Shown piece after piece: positions 1 to 15,600 of a DNA stretch of 64,000 bases. Position numbers and translations under genes: made by a program. Numbering within the stretch: position 1 is the first letter of the stretch; each line of letters begins with the position of its first letter. Below the pieces are notes generated by a model. The model had not been told where the DNA came from, made no database searches, and was given only the letters and a program-made list of their open reading frames with translations. Origin of the DNA: Laetmonice hystrix (lineage: Eukaryota); assembly GCA_965235115.1 (NCBI GenBank), contig OZ249437.1, positions 3,906,001-3,970,000 of the forward strand. The letters run 5' to 3'.

Positions 1-800
1 CACCCCACCCCCACCCCACCCCCACCCCCCCACCCCACCCCCCACCCCCGCTCCTCTTCCATATACCTCCCACTACCCCACCATGGAGGGCTATAGGAAG
101 TGGAGTCATATAACCGTGAGGTGTGGTATATAGGTCCAGTGTGTGAGAAGTGTTTGCCTACAGGTGATGAGCCCCCCCCCCCGCCCCCCCCCCCCCCGTC
201 CCCCCATCCCACTCATCGTCCTCATTAGCACGGTGATATGTGACCTGACGTGTTTACTCGCCCCCAACGTTCCGCGCCGCGATCAATGTTAATGACACCA
301 CCCGCCGCTGGGGGGGGCCTACCCCTCTACCGCCTATGGCCTGCTGGGATGGTGACGCACCTGTGTGACGTCACAATGGGTCAGCGGCCTGCCTCCAGTG
401 GTGGTGGTGATGGTGCATGGCGATGGTGGTGGTGGTGATGGTGACAGCAGTCTGTAGTAGGCCTACCATAAACAACCCCATCCAAGAATTCTCTGAACGA
501 CGCAAACCAACCTCCTACCCCCCCCCCCCCCCCGCCCTCCCAGATATTTTATTACCCACGAAAACCCTGACTGCCTCGTGTGACCTCTGATCGCGGCCAC
601 CAGAACACGTGGCCTAGAACCCCGTGCTTCGACGTGGGATCGACCCTGGTCGATAAGGTCGATAGAGGTAGCCAACGTGACAGGTGTGAGCCCCTCCATC
701 CCGCCTCCACCCCCACCCCCAACCCCCACCCCCACCCGCACTGATAAGGTACTCCACCTCTCCCTCGGATGGGGTCTCTCAACTCGAACCCAGAGATTAG

Positions 801-1935
801 ACACACAGCCTGGTGTATTGGTCACAGAGCAATGTATCCCATGCTTACAATAATAACGGTAAACCTAACACACAGCCTGGTGTATTGGTCACAGAGCAAT
901 GTATCCCATGCTTACTGTAATAACGGTAAACCTAACACACAGCCTGGTGTATTGGTCACAGAGCAATATATCCCATGCTTACTATAATAACGGTAAACCT
1001 AACACACAGCCTGGTGTATTGGTCACAGAGCAATATATCCCATGCTTACTGTAATAACGGTAAACCTAACACACAGCCTGGTGTATTGGTCACAGAGCAA
1101 TGTATCCCATGCTTACTGTAATAACGGTAAACCTAACACACAGCCTGGTGTATTGGTCACAGAGCAATATATCCCATGCTTACTGTAATAACGGTAAACC
1201 TAACACACAGCCTGGTGTATTGGTCACAGAGCAATATATCCCATGCTTACTATAATAACGGTAAACCTAACACACAGCCTGGTGTATTGGTCACAGAGCA
1301 ATATATCCCATGCTTACAATAATAACGGTAAACCTAACACACAGCCTCTTGTATTGGTCACAGAGCAATGTATCCATTGCTTACTGTAATAACGGTAAAC
1401 CTAACACACAGCCTAGTGTATTGGTCACAGAGCAATATATCCCATGCTTACAATAATAACGGTAAACCTAACACACAGCCTGGTGTAATGGTCACAGAGC
1501 CATATATCCCATGCTTACTATAATAACGGTAAACCTAACACACAGCCTGGTGTATTGGTCACAGAGAAATATATCCCATGCTTACTATAATAACGGTAAA
1601 CCTAACACACAGCCTGGTGTATTGGTCACAGAGCAATGTATCCCATGCTTACTGTAATAACGGTAAACCTAACACACAGCCTGGTGTATTGGTCACAGAG
1701 CAATATATCCCATGCTTACTGTAATAACGGTAAACCTAACACACAGCCTGGTGTATTGGTCACAGAGCAATGTATCCCATGCTTACTGTAATAACGGTAA
1801 ACCTAACACACAGCCTGGTGTATTGCTCACAGAGCAATGTATCCCATGCTTACAATAATAACGGTAAACCTAACACACAGCCTGGTGTATTGGTCACAGA
1901 GCAATATATCCCATGTTTACTATAATAACGGTAAA
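801..1935. repeat. Minisatellite, 67-bp unit x about 17
   Basis: Unit ggtcacagagcaatatatcccatgcttactgtaataacggtaaacctaacacacagcctggtgtatt. Confidence 0.95.
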
Positions 1936-2936
1936 TGCTCATTCTTCAACCAAGCATAATTGTGTTGAGAGGGATTCATGAGCTTCCGCTATAAAAGTAT
2001 TTTCAATGGCATTGTATTTCTATTCGATTTATTACAAGCGAGAAGCTATGAAACGACTGCAGATTTTCTTGGCCGAGACGTTCCATTGAAAATGTCCATT
2101 GAACGATCTTTGAACAATATTAACAACACCCCCTGATCCACAGGAACTATTTTCCTTGCGATCTACGGGCCTTGAGGAGTTTAAGGATCAGGCTTTCCTC
2201 GCTTTTTGCTGATCGCTTATTTTGAAAACTATTTGCCAGGAAAGTTGTCTCAATGTCTTGATTTGTGGATTTGTCTCAATGTCTTGATGTGAGGCCTGCG
2301 AGCTCTCGGTACCTTAGTTGAGTGGTGTTACTAGACCGAAGCTTGCCCCCCCCCCCACTCTACCGTGCGCCCACACCCCTGATGTACCCCCACCCCACCC
2401 CAGCTCAACCACGGTATGTAGCACACACAGGGGACATCATTTAGCGTCGACCGCTGCACGCCACGAGTTTATAATTAACGCTCCAGTGCCTAATTACTAC
2501 CTGTTCTCACCTGTCCATCGCGTCCCCGCTTGGCCAGTTCCTGTGGCACCACCCAAGCAGCTGACCCTTTGCCCTTTACTGCCTTATGTCATCATTCCGG
2601 ATACGATCCCATCCTTACCTTAGGTCCGTGAACACAGGTGTGGGGGGCATGCTGGGGTTATACCTTGGACTACCTATACCTGGCCACTGGACCACCGGGG
2701 CAAGTCGTATTGAAACAAAACAAGCGTTCTGCAGGCTACAGGTACGCCATTCCAACCGGAAGGGGACAGCAGATGACGTATGTGGAACCTCACGTTCAAT
2801 ATGTCAAGCAACATACATTATAGGGAGAATTTCGGCGAACGAATATGATACGGCTATTTAATACATGTACTTGTTTTTCAGCGTTGTATTATCGTGGAAC
2901 ATACAACATATGGTTTTAACTGTTTTATGTACATTT

Positions 2937-3375
2937 ATACGACACGACCTTCCACTTCATTGTGTTTCACTTCTGTACTTATATCACAAATACGACCAGA
3001 CCTTCCACTTCATAGTGTTTCACTGTTATATCACAAATACGACACGACCTTCCACTTCATAGTGTTTCACTGTTGTACTTATATCACAAATACGACACGA
3101 CCTTCAACTTCATAGTGTTTCACTGTTGTACTTATATCACAAATACGACACGACCTTCGACTTCATAGTGTTTCACTGCTGTACTTATATCACAAATACG
3201 ACAAGAACTTCCACTTCATAGTGTTTCACTGTTGTACTTATATCACAAATACGACAAGACCTTCCACTTCATAGTGTTTCACTGTTGTACTTATATCACA
3301 AATACGACAAGAACTTCCACTTCATAGTGTTTCACTGTTGTACTTATATCACAAATACGACACGATCTTCCATGT
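2937..3375. repeat. Minisatellite, about 53-bp unit x about 8
   Basis: Unit cacgaccttccacttcatagtgtttcactgttgtacttatatcacaaatacga. Confidence 0.9.
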
Positions 3376-3575
3376 CATAGTGTTATGACAGACAGGACAC
3401 GGACTTCCACGACATTATTAATGTTTCACTGTTGTACTTAGATTACAAATCTTAGAGACGGCTACCTATTACCCGCTGTGTTTCGCTGTCTCTGGATCAG
3501 TATTTCTCCTTAACCTGACGGTGTTTGTCTCCTATTGAGTCCAAGTTCTAACTGCTCTTTATGATCGTCTTCCAG

Positions 3576-3675
3576 GACAGTATGTCAAGTGCTGACAGCG
3601 AAGTGAGCCGGGAGCACAGCCCCTCCCCTCCCGCCCACTCCACAGTCAGTCCTCGCCCTCTGGATATCAAACAAG
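3576..3675 (+). CDS. NOL4: NOL4 exon ([33 protein letters not shown])
   Basis: Acceptor tcttccag, donor gtcagt, 100 nt. The phase-1 end joins exon 27238 in frame (G+AC=Asp). Low-complexity sequence, so the assignment rests on phase fit. Confidence 0.65.
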
Positions 3676-6600
3676 GTCAGTTACGTAACTTACTTATCTT
3701 ATCTACGTGCCACTTAGCGACTCTGTCGGTTTAAGATTACATGGACGGTAAACAGGGACTGGCCTTGGACTACCACAGATATGTGGTACGAATCTAGTCA
3801 ATCAACAATCAAGTAGCCGATCTAGAGGTCAGGTAAACAGGGACTGGCCTTGGACTACCACAGATATATGTGGTAGGAATCTAGTCATTCAACAATCAAG
3901 TAGCCGATCTAAAGGTCAGGTAAACAGGGACTGGCCTTGGACTACCAGAGATATGTGGTAGGAATCTAGTCATTCAACAATCAAGTAACCGATCTAGAGG
4001 TCAGGTAAACAGGGACTGGCCTTGGACTACCACAGATATGTGGTACGAATCTAGTCAATCAACAATCAAGTAGCTGATCTAGAGGTCAGGTAAACAGGGA
4101 CTGGCCTTGGACTACCAGAGATATGTGGTAGGAATCTAGTCATTCAACAATCAAGTAGCCGATCTAGAGGTCAGGTAAACAGGGACTGGCCTTGGACTAC
4201 CACAGATATGTGGTAGGAATCTAGTCATTCAACAATCAAGTAGCCGATCTAGAGGTCAGGTAAACAGGGACTGGCCTTGGACTACCACAGATATATGTGG
4301 TACGAATCTAGTCATTCAACAATCAAGTAGCCGATCTAGAGGTCAGGTAAACAGGGACTGGCCTTGGACTACCACAGATGTATGTGGTACGAATCTAGTC
4401 AATCAACAATCAAGTAGCCGATCTAGAGGTCTAAAAGGAGATATGAAAATATCAGGATTTTTAGGTAATTCAATCTCCCATAAGATACGCAGGGTATTCT
4501 AATGTTCAGCTCTGGGCCTCATCTAATATGCAGATACTACAAGTATAGCTCCAGTAAATTGTAAAAGGTATGCCATGTTGTGTCACACGGACAGTGAGGG
4601 CAGAATGTGAGAACTTTTAACATTTCATTCCAGACATGTTTTTGATGTCCTCGGAATGGACCACACGTGACGTTCATGTTTTACTGATTACGTGCAGTTT
4701 ATAATTGGAGCTAACTTGGTGACTTGATCAGCAAATAACAAAATCCTCTAGACGCGGATAGGGCTGACCTTTTGGAGGTATGGGGTGGGAATGGTGGACG
4801 AAACCGGAGTGCCCGGTTACTCCTAACCTTGCTGCAGGTACCTGCCAACCCTTCTCACGTCCAACATACATTCGACAGAGAACATTGTTGAGAGGCTCCG
4901 TGATCACTGGCCAGGGTTTTTAAATAATTGACCTATTGCACCCCTATTCGACCCTCTTGTTTCTGAGTCCACACCTGCCCACGCTGAGGGTAGCAAGAGA
5001 CCTCAGACTGTGTACATGTACACTGTATACCCTCCCCATGGTCACCCCCCCCCCTCCCCCCACTCCCCCGTCCTAACCTGCCTGCACGGCCCCGTACGTC
5101 CACCACACTTACATTGTCTCTGGACTGGTCCGAACTCGATGCTCTCGTCCTAATTGATAGCGGCTCGGGCGCCGGGACTGGGTGAGGACGGAGACTCTGC
5201 CAAAGGTCGACCGAGAGGGTTCCCCAGGTGAACCGGGCCAAACATGGGTGTTGACAGAGCAGCATGGCTGGCGTGTCCCGGCGGGGTGGAGTGGGAGGGA
5301 GGGTTGTCCGGGATGGTTGTACCCAAACTGATTTCAGTGTTGATCGATAGGACTCACCCCTCCCGGGTGACATAAACATTGGTTAGGACCGGCCCGGTAC
5401 ATTGGTTAGGACCGGCCCGGTACATTGGTTAGGACCGGCCCGGTACATTGGTTAGGACCGGCCCGGTACATTGGTTAGGACCGGCCCGGTACATTGGTTA
5501 GGACCGGCCCGGTACATTGGTTAGGACCGGCCCGGTACATTGGTTAGGACCGGCCCGGTACATTGGTTAGGACCGGCCCGGTGCATTGGTTAGGACCGGC
5601 CCGGTGCATTGGTTAGGACCGGCCCGGTGCATTGGTTAGGACCGGCCCGGTACATTGGTTAGGACCGGCCCGGTACATTGGTTAGGACCGGCCCGGTACA
5701 TTGGTTAGGACCGGCCCGGAACATTGGTTAGGACCGGCCCGGTCACCAAAATACAACTTCCTGCACAACCAAAAAATCGCGGTGTCAGCAAGTCATTATT
5801 TAATATTAGGGAAGAGAAATTGAGAGTGAAACTCTATCATACACAGTCCGGTGACATTAATTAATATCCAGCGCGCCTTATTTCTGCAGACTTCACCTAA
5901 CAAATACGGCCACCGATAGATTATGATGTTAGCATTGGCACAAATAGGTGTGGGACGCTGCCCCCTTCCAAAATTCACAAATGAACCTCTGTAATTTAAA
6001 CAGGGATGAGGCCCTAAAATTACCTGAGCATATTACACCAAAATGAATGTTTACAAGTAGGTTTATATTTGCTGGTTTGACTCGGCCTGTGTGATAACGA
6101 TTGTAGTGACCCGCAACTGACTGCCTTTTCCATAAACTACTCTCTATTTGAGTCCTGACTCCGGCTTTGCAAGGTCCCGTGTTACCTGGGCTAACCCCTA
6201 CCCCTCCCCCCCCCCCCCCGCTGTGTGACAGGTATGGTGTTGGCAGGGGGGGGGTTAATATATGCAATTTGCACATCATTCACCTGCGTCCGACCGGCAT
6301 TGTGTGCACCGTCATCCCGTGGCCCATCAAAGCATTAATTCCTCCCCGTCCTGCATGCCATCTGGGCAGTGGGGGTGCAGCTGCCATCTCTGTGCCCATT
6401 GGAACTGGCCATTAGTTTCCCCCGGCTGCCCCCTCACCCCCTTCTCCTGCCGTGGTTGGCGTACGGTCGGGGGTGTCCAGTGGGGGCCAGCATGTACCCT
6501 GTTTGAGACTAGGCCGGCGTGACACTGACAGAACCCGTGGACAAAGGTGAGGGTCAGGGCGGCCACAGAGCGGGACGGGGTACAAAGCACCTGCACATGG

Positions 6601-9600
6601 CAATATGGTCAATACAAACAGGGGTGCAGGTTTGTTCTGGCGAGACAAAGGGGGGTGGGAGCAGGGTGGAACTCTCAATAGGCAGGAGGCCGCCTGGCAC
6701 GCCTGGCGGCACCAAATAGGGGTACACTGGAACAAAGGCTTGGGGGTGTGTGACCTGACCCGCTGCCGGCAACTGGGCAGAGTGATGGCAACGCCAAGCA
6801 TCGGAGACCACTGGCCCCAAAACGCTATGTTTCCATTTCTTTTCTCTTTATAACATACATTCAATATATTATAGTCACATAGATACGGGCATTGATTGGT
6901 TCTACAATTACTTCATTCACATATTGACGCAGAGAAATCGGAATTATAGATCGATACAATAACTGGTCACAGGCCTGCACATCGCCAACACGTCAACAAT
7001 TACTCCTCTTCAATGAGTTTTATTTTTTTAAACTAGTGTTCAATGTATTGCAAAGGTTGCAAAAATAGGCATGAATGATCCGGAGTCGAACAATAGCGAA
7101 GAGCTACACAGGGAGAGGTTGGCTTGGTTGGGGCAGATTGTGGTCCGGTGGGCGGCATGGGGGTGGGTGGGGTGGGGGTATCATTGGTTTTCGAGGAAGA
7201 GCAATAAAGCATGGCCGGTGACGTGGTCACAAAGCGGGATTGAATGGTACCATTCTCCGGCGGCCCGCAGAGCCAGGAGACTCGATTGGTGGGGGTGAGA
7301 TGGCCGAGTACCGAGATGGGCACGATGTTAGCACCATTAGGGACAGTGGAAATGGCGACAGAGGGGGGCACAAGGCCATGGTGGTATTACTGAGAAATCC
7401 TGAGTCATGCCCCCCTGAAGGTTTTCCTCCAGGAGGCGGTAGCTGGAGGTAGGGGGGAGCCCCTAGAGACGGTCATAATTAGACCCATTGTAAATCACAT
7501 TTTGGTGTGTTGGCGTGCCCCACCCAGCGTACACGGACGGTTGGTCAAGACCATTGCCAAAAGCGGGGCGGGGTCGGTGGGGGTGGCGGGGGTGTTGGTG
7601 GAGGGGTGGGGTTCTGGCGGGCCAGACGGGCACCCTCCACGCCCCAGTATCGATCTGTACTTAATCAACCCACCGACCCAGTCTCTTGTCCTCCTGCCAT
7701 ATGGCGTCCGACTTTCTACTCTATACATACAGTGTCCCCGTGACAACCATCTCTAATGAAGGCTGGGATTGTACTCTAATTAGGCCAGAATTCGCAAAGT
7801 TCTATTATTACCACAGAGTCCAGTGATATTCTATTTTATGATGTAAGTTATTACATGTAAGATGTAAGATTCGGTATATCCTGATGTGATATGTCTGGGT
7901 AACATCATGGCACTGATATTGTGGGTAGCGAATTCGTATCCCGGGCCCTGACTGGAAACATCAGTCAGTCAATGTGTACGGCGGTGTGCGCCAAGCCTCA
8001 TGTCAACAACTGACGAGTCACGTTGGCTACATGAGGACGATTACGTAACACAACTATGAATCGGGCCCCACCCCCGCCGCCGAGAGTGAGAGAGAGAGAG
8101 AGAGAGAGAGGGAGAGCGAGAGAGGAAGAGAGAGAGAGGGAGAGCGAGAGAGGGAGAGCGAGAGAGGGAGAGAGAGGAGAGCGACAGGGAGAGAGACTGT
8201 GAGAGAGAGGGATAGAGAGAGAGGGAGAGAGACAGAGAGAGAGGTGCCGCTGCTGCACACGGTAGCTGAGGTGGTAGTGACGTTTAGCGGTGGCGGTGGT
8301 GGCGGTGGCGGTGGTGGTGGGGGGACGCTTGCTGCACCTCGGTGATGACACAGGAGTTGGCTTTTCGGCACGAGGGGTCCCTCCTCCCTCTCGCCCGCTA
8401 TTTCGGTGTGCTGGCGACTCGCGACATCTCGAAACCATGGCAACGTCGCGAATTGCCACCACCGCACCCCCCTCCACCACCACCATCAACCACCACCACC
8501 ATTCCCATCATAGCCCCCTACAGAAGGAAGCGGCCGAATGCTGCCAAATATAATTAGCCCCGTGCCGACGCCCAGTTAATATTCCAAGCCATGCGCGTGA
8601 GAGCGCGTGCACAGGTAGGGGTCTGTCTATGGCGAGTGCTCCGCTCCAAACGTCACCCGGCGCTACCCGACGCTACATGCCGCATTGCAAGCGCCATCCT
8701 ACGACATAAGCAGGTCGCAAAGGTACCGCGCCGCACGCGTCTTGCATAATACATGGACAGGCGCCACTAAGCGTCAGTAAGGTGTTACGTAAGCTCCAAA
8801 TTCTCTTGCATGGAGTGAGAGGCGCCGAGGGCGAGGCTGGGCCTAGGATCTCTCTCAGTATGGTTCACACATATGTCAGACAAGGCAAACTGCCACATGC
8901 AAACTCTTGGTTGACATCTCACGGGGGTACAACGATTCACCCTGGAGTGTCCGGTATTCACAGCAGGTAGAATTCCCAGGGTGCAATAACTGGGGGAGCA
9001 CTCCCTAGAGATCAGGATTTCTCTACACAAGTCCGCTGACAATCGTGTATATCAACATCATATCACCAAACCTATGATACAAAAATATTGACAACGTCTC
9101 AAAACAACCCTCTACTACGACTTCAACTTCCAGAACTGTTGATGACAGACCCTGATAATGCTCACACAGGCGCCACCGTCGAGATAGTTTGGATACTACT
9201 TGTACCACGGGTTTCAGTTGCAAGCACGGTGGCTTCAGCCCGTCGGAAGCCCTTTTTGTACCGGTGGCTTCGGCGGTCCATGTTGGCTGCTCGTGTGTGG
9301 ATGATCACTGTGAGGGATCACCAGTCGGCGCAGTGCCGCTCCCCCCCCCGTCCCCCCTACCACCCCTCCCCCCGCCCCACCGCGGTACGCGTCTGACTGT
9401 GTGGTCAGACCGCCAGCCCAGGTCATGTCAGCGGTCTACAGCTGCTTTACGTGCTGATTGCCATCGCGCTCCTCTCCCGACCGCATCCACCTAGCGGCCA
9501 CAGTTGGAACTAGTGTTAAAGTATATTCCATACCGACTCCGACTCCATGAAAATGTCACCGACCAAGCCATGAGGTCATTTACGGCACGGATCGGCTGAG

Positions 9601-12600
9601 TTAGCGCCTCCACGCAGTGACTGCAGCGACACCTCTCGGCTCCATCACGTCCCAAAGTGGCAGACCTCTTTTTACAGGACGGAGGGGGCTGTAACTTCTT
9701 GGCGACGCTGCGTCCATCTTGGAATTAGAGATTGGTGCGGCCTGCTGGAGCTGACAATTGACCAGTGAGGTTATCTCTGCCGACTTATCTCTGTAATCGT
9801 CTCTGAGCACGGGAGCACGTACAACTATAATAGTGGTTGCGACATGGCATGGGTGCATTATTGGCCTCAGCCATTACCCTCTTAGCCCTTGGCGGTAATT
9901 GTAGAGAGAGAGAGAGAGATAGACAGCTGCTGGACCTCTCCGACTCTCTAGTAGTGTTGTTATCCGTGACCAGGGAATGGTCATAATCATCTTTACACCC
10001 TACAGGTTTTTGTCTTTCTTTATGTTTATTTTTTTTCTTTTCTCTTTTCCAATCATCGTTAGGCCTAGATCTACGCCTCGCCTCGTGTATGTAGGCTATA
10101 ATATGTTTTGCAGTATCCAAGACAAGTTGCGTTTTCTAAATAAGAAAGAGACAGACAGAGATAGGCAGTGACAGAGAGAGGCAGTGACAGAGAGAGGCAT
10201 GGGTGCAGGTTGGTTGGGTAGCAGTGACCCACCCCCCCCCCCCACCCCCACCCACCCCACCCAAACCACCACCCATTGTGAACAGTAGTCACGGTTGTAC
10301 CACTGAGACGTGCCTCACGTGCACGGTAAGTCGCGCATGGCTGGCGCGTCCAGTCGGCCAGGCGTGGAGAACGTACGGTCGCTAGGGTTCGGGACGACTG
10401 CGTTCGTCTCCACAGATCGCGTGTGTTGGGTGTGGGATGGGGTGACCCTTGGGTGGGGTGCAGAGGTGGGGGTTATTGGGTGATCTGACAGACGGTGGGG
10501 TGCTAGTGGCAGGTGGAGGCGGGGGGGGGGGGGTCACATAGGGGGTAAGGTATGTCTTTTCCCGGGATCGGCAGCCATGTTAGGGTGTGTCCTATTGAAT
10601 ATTCATGATATGACCACAACCACCACCGCTAGGCACCGCTGGCACCGCTGGCACCACCATCAGATACCATCACCACCACCACCACCTCCCCCCACTCTCC
10701 TTTACCTAACATAAGGGTCGCCTATATGACCAGCGTTGTAGCATGTTGCCATGCCAACGGGTAGTAAACGGAGCGGGCAGGGCCAGGTCGTGGCTCGGTC
10801 TGGTGTTGATCAGTGTAGATAATGGTTGTCGTGGCAGGTAGTATACACAGATCTCTGGACTCGATGGACAACACCCCACTTATACCCCCGCCCCTCTCCA
10901 CACCCCTCGCCACACCCTAACCACCCGGCCTACAAACAATCCAAGCCAATCCCACTACCCCCCCCCCCCCCCAACCATCCCCAATCCGACCAAGCCCTTC
11001 ACACAGCCTCCACTGCCTGTCACGACCCACGTCGTCATATTAATTACATCAAATTGGATTAATTACATGATTGAGAGGGACGTTTACTGCCCAGTCTCAG
11101 TACCTCATATTGACATTATCTGGGACAATCAACTTCTATGGGAGGCGGCGACTTGCCCACTGATGGTCCTGTGGCCTCCTTGATCATCCCTCCAATCCAC
11201 CAAGACTCCACCGTCGACCATTTTCACAATCCACCAAGACTCCACCGTCGACCATTTTCACAATCCACCAAGACTCCACCGTCGACCATTTTCACAATCC
11301 ACCAAGACTCCACCGTCGACCATTTTCACCAAGGGGCTCGGCCTTCATGCATCCCCCATCCCCACCGAGCGTTCTACCTGAGGCCACGCGTGTCGGGCCG
11401 GGTGACCGAGCGGTGCTTGGTTACCACGTTGTTTGGATCCGTTGCTAGGCTGCAGGGGGGCCAGTCGAGAGTGGCATTCAAGGGCCGCCAATACCTCTCT
11501 GGCAACAGGCCTCGCGAGACCCGCGTGTCGCTTCCTGTCGCCCCCATATCTGCTGATAGCATCTGCGCAGGTCCACGGCCGACCTCGTTGTGGGTGGTAG
11601 AGGCTGTGCGGCTTGGAGTGGGCTCCATGGTGTAAAAAAATAACTCCGTGCCACTAAAACCTCTTCATACCCGGCTTAGGTTCCTATTCTCCGGACAGCG
11701 CGGCGGTGGGAGAGGGAATAAAGGGAGGGGAACGCCAGCCTCTGCGTCCCCGGTGTTTTCACACCACTGGTCCTATACTCTCGTCGGTTCCTTTTTAAGA
11801 ACTCCAAATACCACTTCAATAATAGCCTGCATCGTATTTATACAAACTCACCAGTATTGAGACACCCAGCGCCATGGGGTAACACCCAGCGCCATGGGGT
11901 AAAACCCGCAACAGATCGCGTCTGGTTCATCTTGAAATCTCCCCGAACCGCCACAAATTCTTCTCTTCGAGAAGATCTGGCAAACAATCGTGTAACGTGA
12001 AACCCGACTTGAATCCTCCATGGCATCGGAAGACAAGGTCCGCTTGGGGTGCATGCTTGATGTGCCGAGCGGCCAATACATGCGGCGCTGTAGAACTCTG
12101 CCAATTGCAGCCACAAAACTGCTAATTTGATAGACCCCTCAAAGGCGCCACCCAACGTTTGTACTTTAATGACCTGTGTCTCTTGGCGTTTCGAATGCCG
12201 TTTTAAATCTGCATGTTATGACATATGCATGAGCTTTATACTTAAGTCGGTAGATTCTTTTCTTTTTCGAATTTGAGCGTAAATTTAACGCCGTAAACTA
12301 TAGGTACAGTCTACGGTACAGTGTCGATTTGAAATTACAGTAACCAATACGATAAGGATGGGGGAAATGGTCCAATGTAATGGTGCTTAACAAAATGCAC
12401 GAATTCATTCAAAAGTTAATGATGCCGTATTAGAACAGAATTTGACAGAAATTACCTTTTACCCTTGTTACGTCATAAGCCCACTCATGAAGACAGCTTT
12501 GGTCCTTCGGTCATGTTCCTGCAATGTCATAAAATGAAAATTAGGTCAAAGATGAAACAAACTGACGTCTCTTAAGTTGGTAGAGTTTCCATGTCACATA

Positions 12601-15600
12601 AAGAGTTACATTTCAATTGAAGGAAACGCCGTTCGTCTGATAACAGAGAAAAAATGTCAACGAGAATTATCTTTATGAAGTCAAAACTCGGAGAGGAGGA
12701 TGGTATTGTAGGTTACATTTTATTTACATTGTAACCCGTCGATCCCCACTAAGAGGACTCTATACAAAGGTTGAAACGTGGAGACTACACAATGAAGTTG
12801 AATAATTAATTACATCGGATGATAACAATCAACACTTTATAAATCTGTATATATAGTTGTACCCAAATCCATATACGCAGGATAGAAATTACTGTTCTGC
12901 CTTATTAGGTGGAGACAACATGGGCAGAATCAAGTAACCCAGACAACCCTCCCAGAGAACCCAACTGACCCCCAAAACCCGGGCAGACCACACTGACCCC
13001 GAGTATCCCTCCCCTTAACCCTGCCCAGCACATAAGCCCCCGCAAAATACAGCTAAATTATCGGAGATGAATATCCTGCATAAAAAACGAAGACGGAGGA
13101 GTCGGGGTGGAGGTGGGACGTTCGTTCACTTCATGTCGACAGATGTTGAGGACTCAACCTTGACCGTTTGCTTGTATTTATACCCTCCGCGGCGCCTCGT
13201 CATTTCCTTTCCTCCAATTCCTGTACCAACTGCGCATGATTTTATTGATAGGAACCAATATGGTGGTCATAGAGATCCTGGTGTAAACAAACCCTTTACG
13301 TGGATTCAGTAATGGATTGATAACGAAGTAAGTTTACTGACTTAAAGATTTCCCTACAACCATCCTCGTTTAGCTTCATAAATGATCCCGACTTCGTTGT
13401 CGTCGAGCTCGTATATCGATGCCACACTCTTCTTGGCACCGGAACCGAGGAAGTATAGCAGAAGAACCCTAAATACTTGGCCCCTACCACTCTGTACGGG
13501 GAATGTAAGACCCCCCCCCCCCCCCAAGCAACTAGTATCTCAGAATCTACCCTCTCCAGCAATTCCACGATTTACACATCCTCCCCAGACAATAATATTG
13601 GAAACTTTGACAGAACTCCGCCCTAACAACGTTCACATTATTAGGCACATGTTCCAAGTTGGAACTCGTTTTAGTCTGATCAAGGACCACATTAATTTGC
13701 CCCAGCCACAGGGAAGGCAGGCTGAATGTTAAGTTCACTAGATTAGGGTCAGCCGATGGCCGGGGCTGTCATGAGTGTTGCGTAACTTTGGTCGGAAAGG
13801 TTCGATGTAAGCCGTAGGTTATTGACTGGGGTTATGGCCTGCCTTCTGTCCATGGTGGTTCCCCGGTCACACGGCCCCGCTGCTCCCTAATGTCATGACC
13901 TTCCGGGTTTGTCACTCACACTGAGGTTATGGCTCCAGGGATTGGGAGGGTGCCGACTTGCAGAGATGGGGAGGGGGTGGGGAGGAGGAGGATGACCGGG
14001 GGGATCTTAGGTCAGTGCGGCGTAAGAACGGTAACTCATTGGAGACTAGGTCCAGAAACGTGTCGTCATTAATGTTGCCATGGAGACACATGGCGGCGTA
14101 ACGTCATAGCCATCAGGAATCAAGCCCGCTGCACCAACCATGACGTCGTACGGCTGACGGAAGACCCAGCATGGCCCTTCCCTCCTATAGACTCTATGGC
14201 ATTTCTTCGTATCACAAACCAACACCTCTTGCCTTTGTTTTGCATGCGTTAAATAACCTGCTCACGCTCGTGTAACTGATCGTGGAAAGGGAGTCACAAT
14301 AACTTTTTTGTGACGAACAACGTCAATCAGGCATTACAATGGAGTCCACCGCACTTCGTTTTATGGCCAACTGTCTGGACTTGCACCATTTTTGAGTGGT
14401 CCGTGCCCGGCTTTAGTTTGACACCCAGACACGTCTGCGTTCAATCAATTTAGAGTATAATTTCTTAGCTTGTAAATCATGAATTGGTCACGCGCCCCTT
14501 TACGTCATTATAGATTATTGATAATAGTTGATCAAGATTGGTAACGCGTGGGCCTACATGTGGATAATACCACTCCTCCTGCCACCAACAACAACGGCTG
14601 AAGTCTAACGGGGAGAGTGCACAAAGGTATACTGCACATCGTGTACCCCAAAGTGACTTCGAGTGGGCTAACCGTGTTAGCGGGTCCTTTCGTCATGAGG
14701 CAATGTCGAGCCTTTAGTTTGGCGCGCAAACAGCCTAGCAACAATCGACCGAGAGGGGGGCGATCTTAGCAACCCATCCCCTTCTTCAGCGTCCCTTGCT
14801 GAGGTATCTATAACATCCGCCTGAGTGAAGGAGAGAGGGAGAGATGGGGGCTTCCACTATCTCTCAGTATTGGTCATTTATAGTTTCTGCGTAGTTTATA
14901 AAAACATAATTCTCTACTTTAAGCTTTTCCCTTCGAGCTGATGTGCAAACACTGCGCCCGCCACCAGGGGGCAGTGTTTGAACGTCAGCCCCACCAACCC
15001 CGGATAGGGGAGGTCTGCTGTCGCCAGACCCGACCGTGAGAGCGCACTGTGGAGAGGAGGAGCGCTCCTTTCCATGTTACCATGGCGACAAGTATTGCAA
15101 ACAGTTGGCCACTTGATGATATTGGGAGTCCCACAAGGTGTTTTCAGCAGGCAGCGCGGTAACTTTGCCTGGCGTCGGTAGAGACAAGGCGAGGCGGGAG
15201 TCTGGGCGAGTGGGGATGGCGGGTTGGGGGGGGGGGGATGGCGGGTTGGGGGGGGGGGGGTTGCCTCTCCAGGGGAGAGGTCAGCTGTCAGTAACGTGCC
15301 CTGCTTAGTACGGCCTCAGTGGACCTCTCAGCGGCTCGCTGTGGTCGTATAGAGAGACAGGGGGCACTACTTGATCACCTGCCCTCCGTCTCGGCAGTCC
15401 ATGGCAACCGGGCAACTGCAGCATTACGGATTTCACCCTCGAGGTTGAAGCCCGTGGATTGAAGGCAGGCAGGCGGGCAGGCGGGCAGGCGGGCAGGCGG
15501 GCAGGCAGGCGGGCAGGGTGTGCATTACCGGGTGATGGGGACATTATACCGGGCGACGCACCGACAACCTGAGTGGTGGGTCGGTGTGTGGGACGGTAGA

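Noticed and set aside
600-800. tRNA-like B-box fragments (gggatcgaccc, ctcgaacccag); SINE-like gaaaccggagtgcccgg at about 4800
   Set aside because: Too degenerate to fold as tRNA. They may be old SINE remnants but cannot be delimited without a repeat library.
7998-8557. Overlapping Pro/Ser/Leu/His-rich ORFs
   Set aside because: Products of GA and GGT/CCA microsatellites; no usable splice donor or homology recognised.
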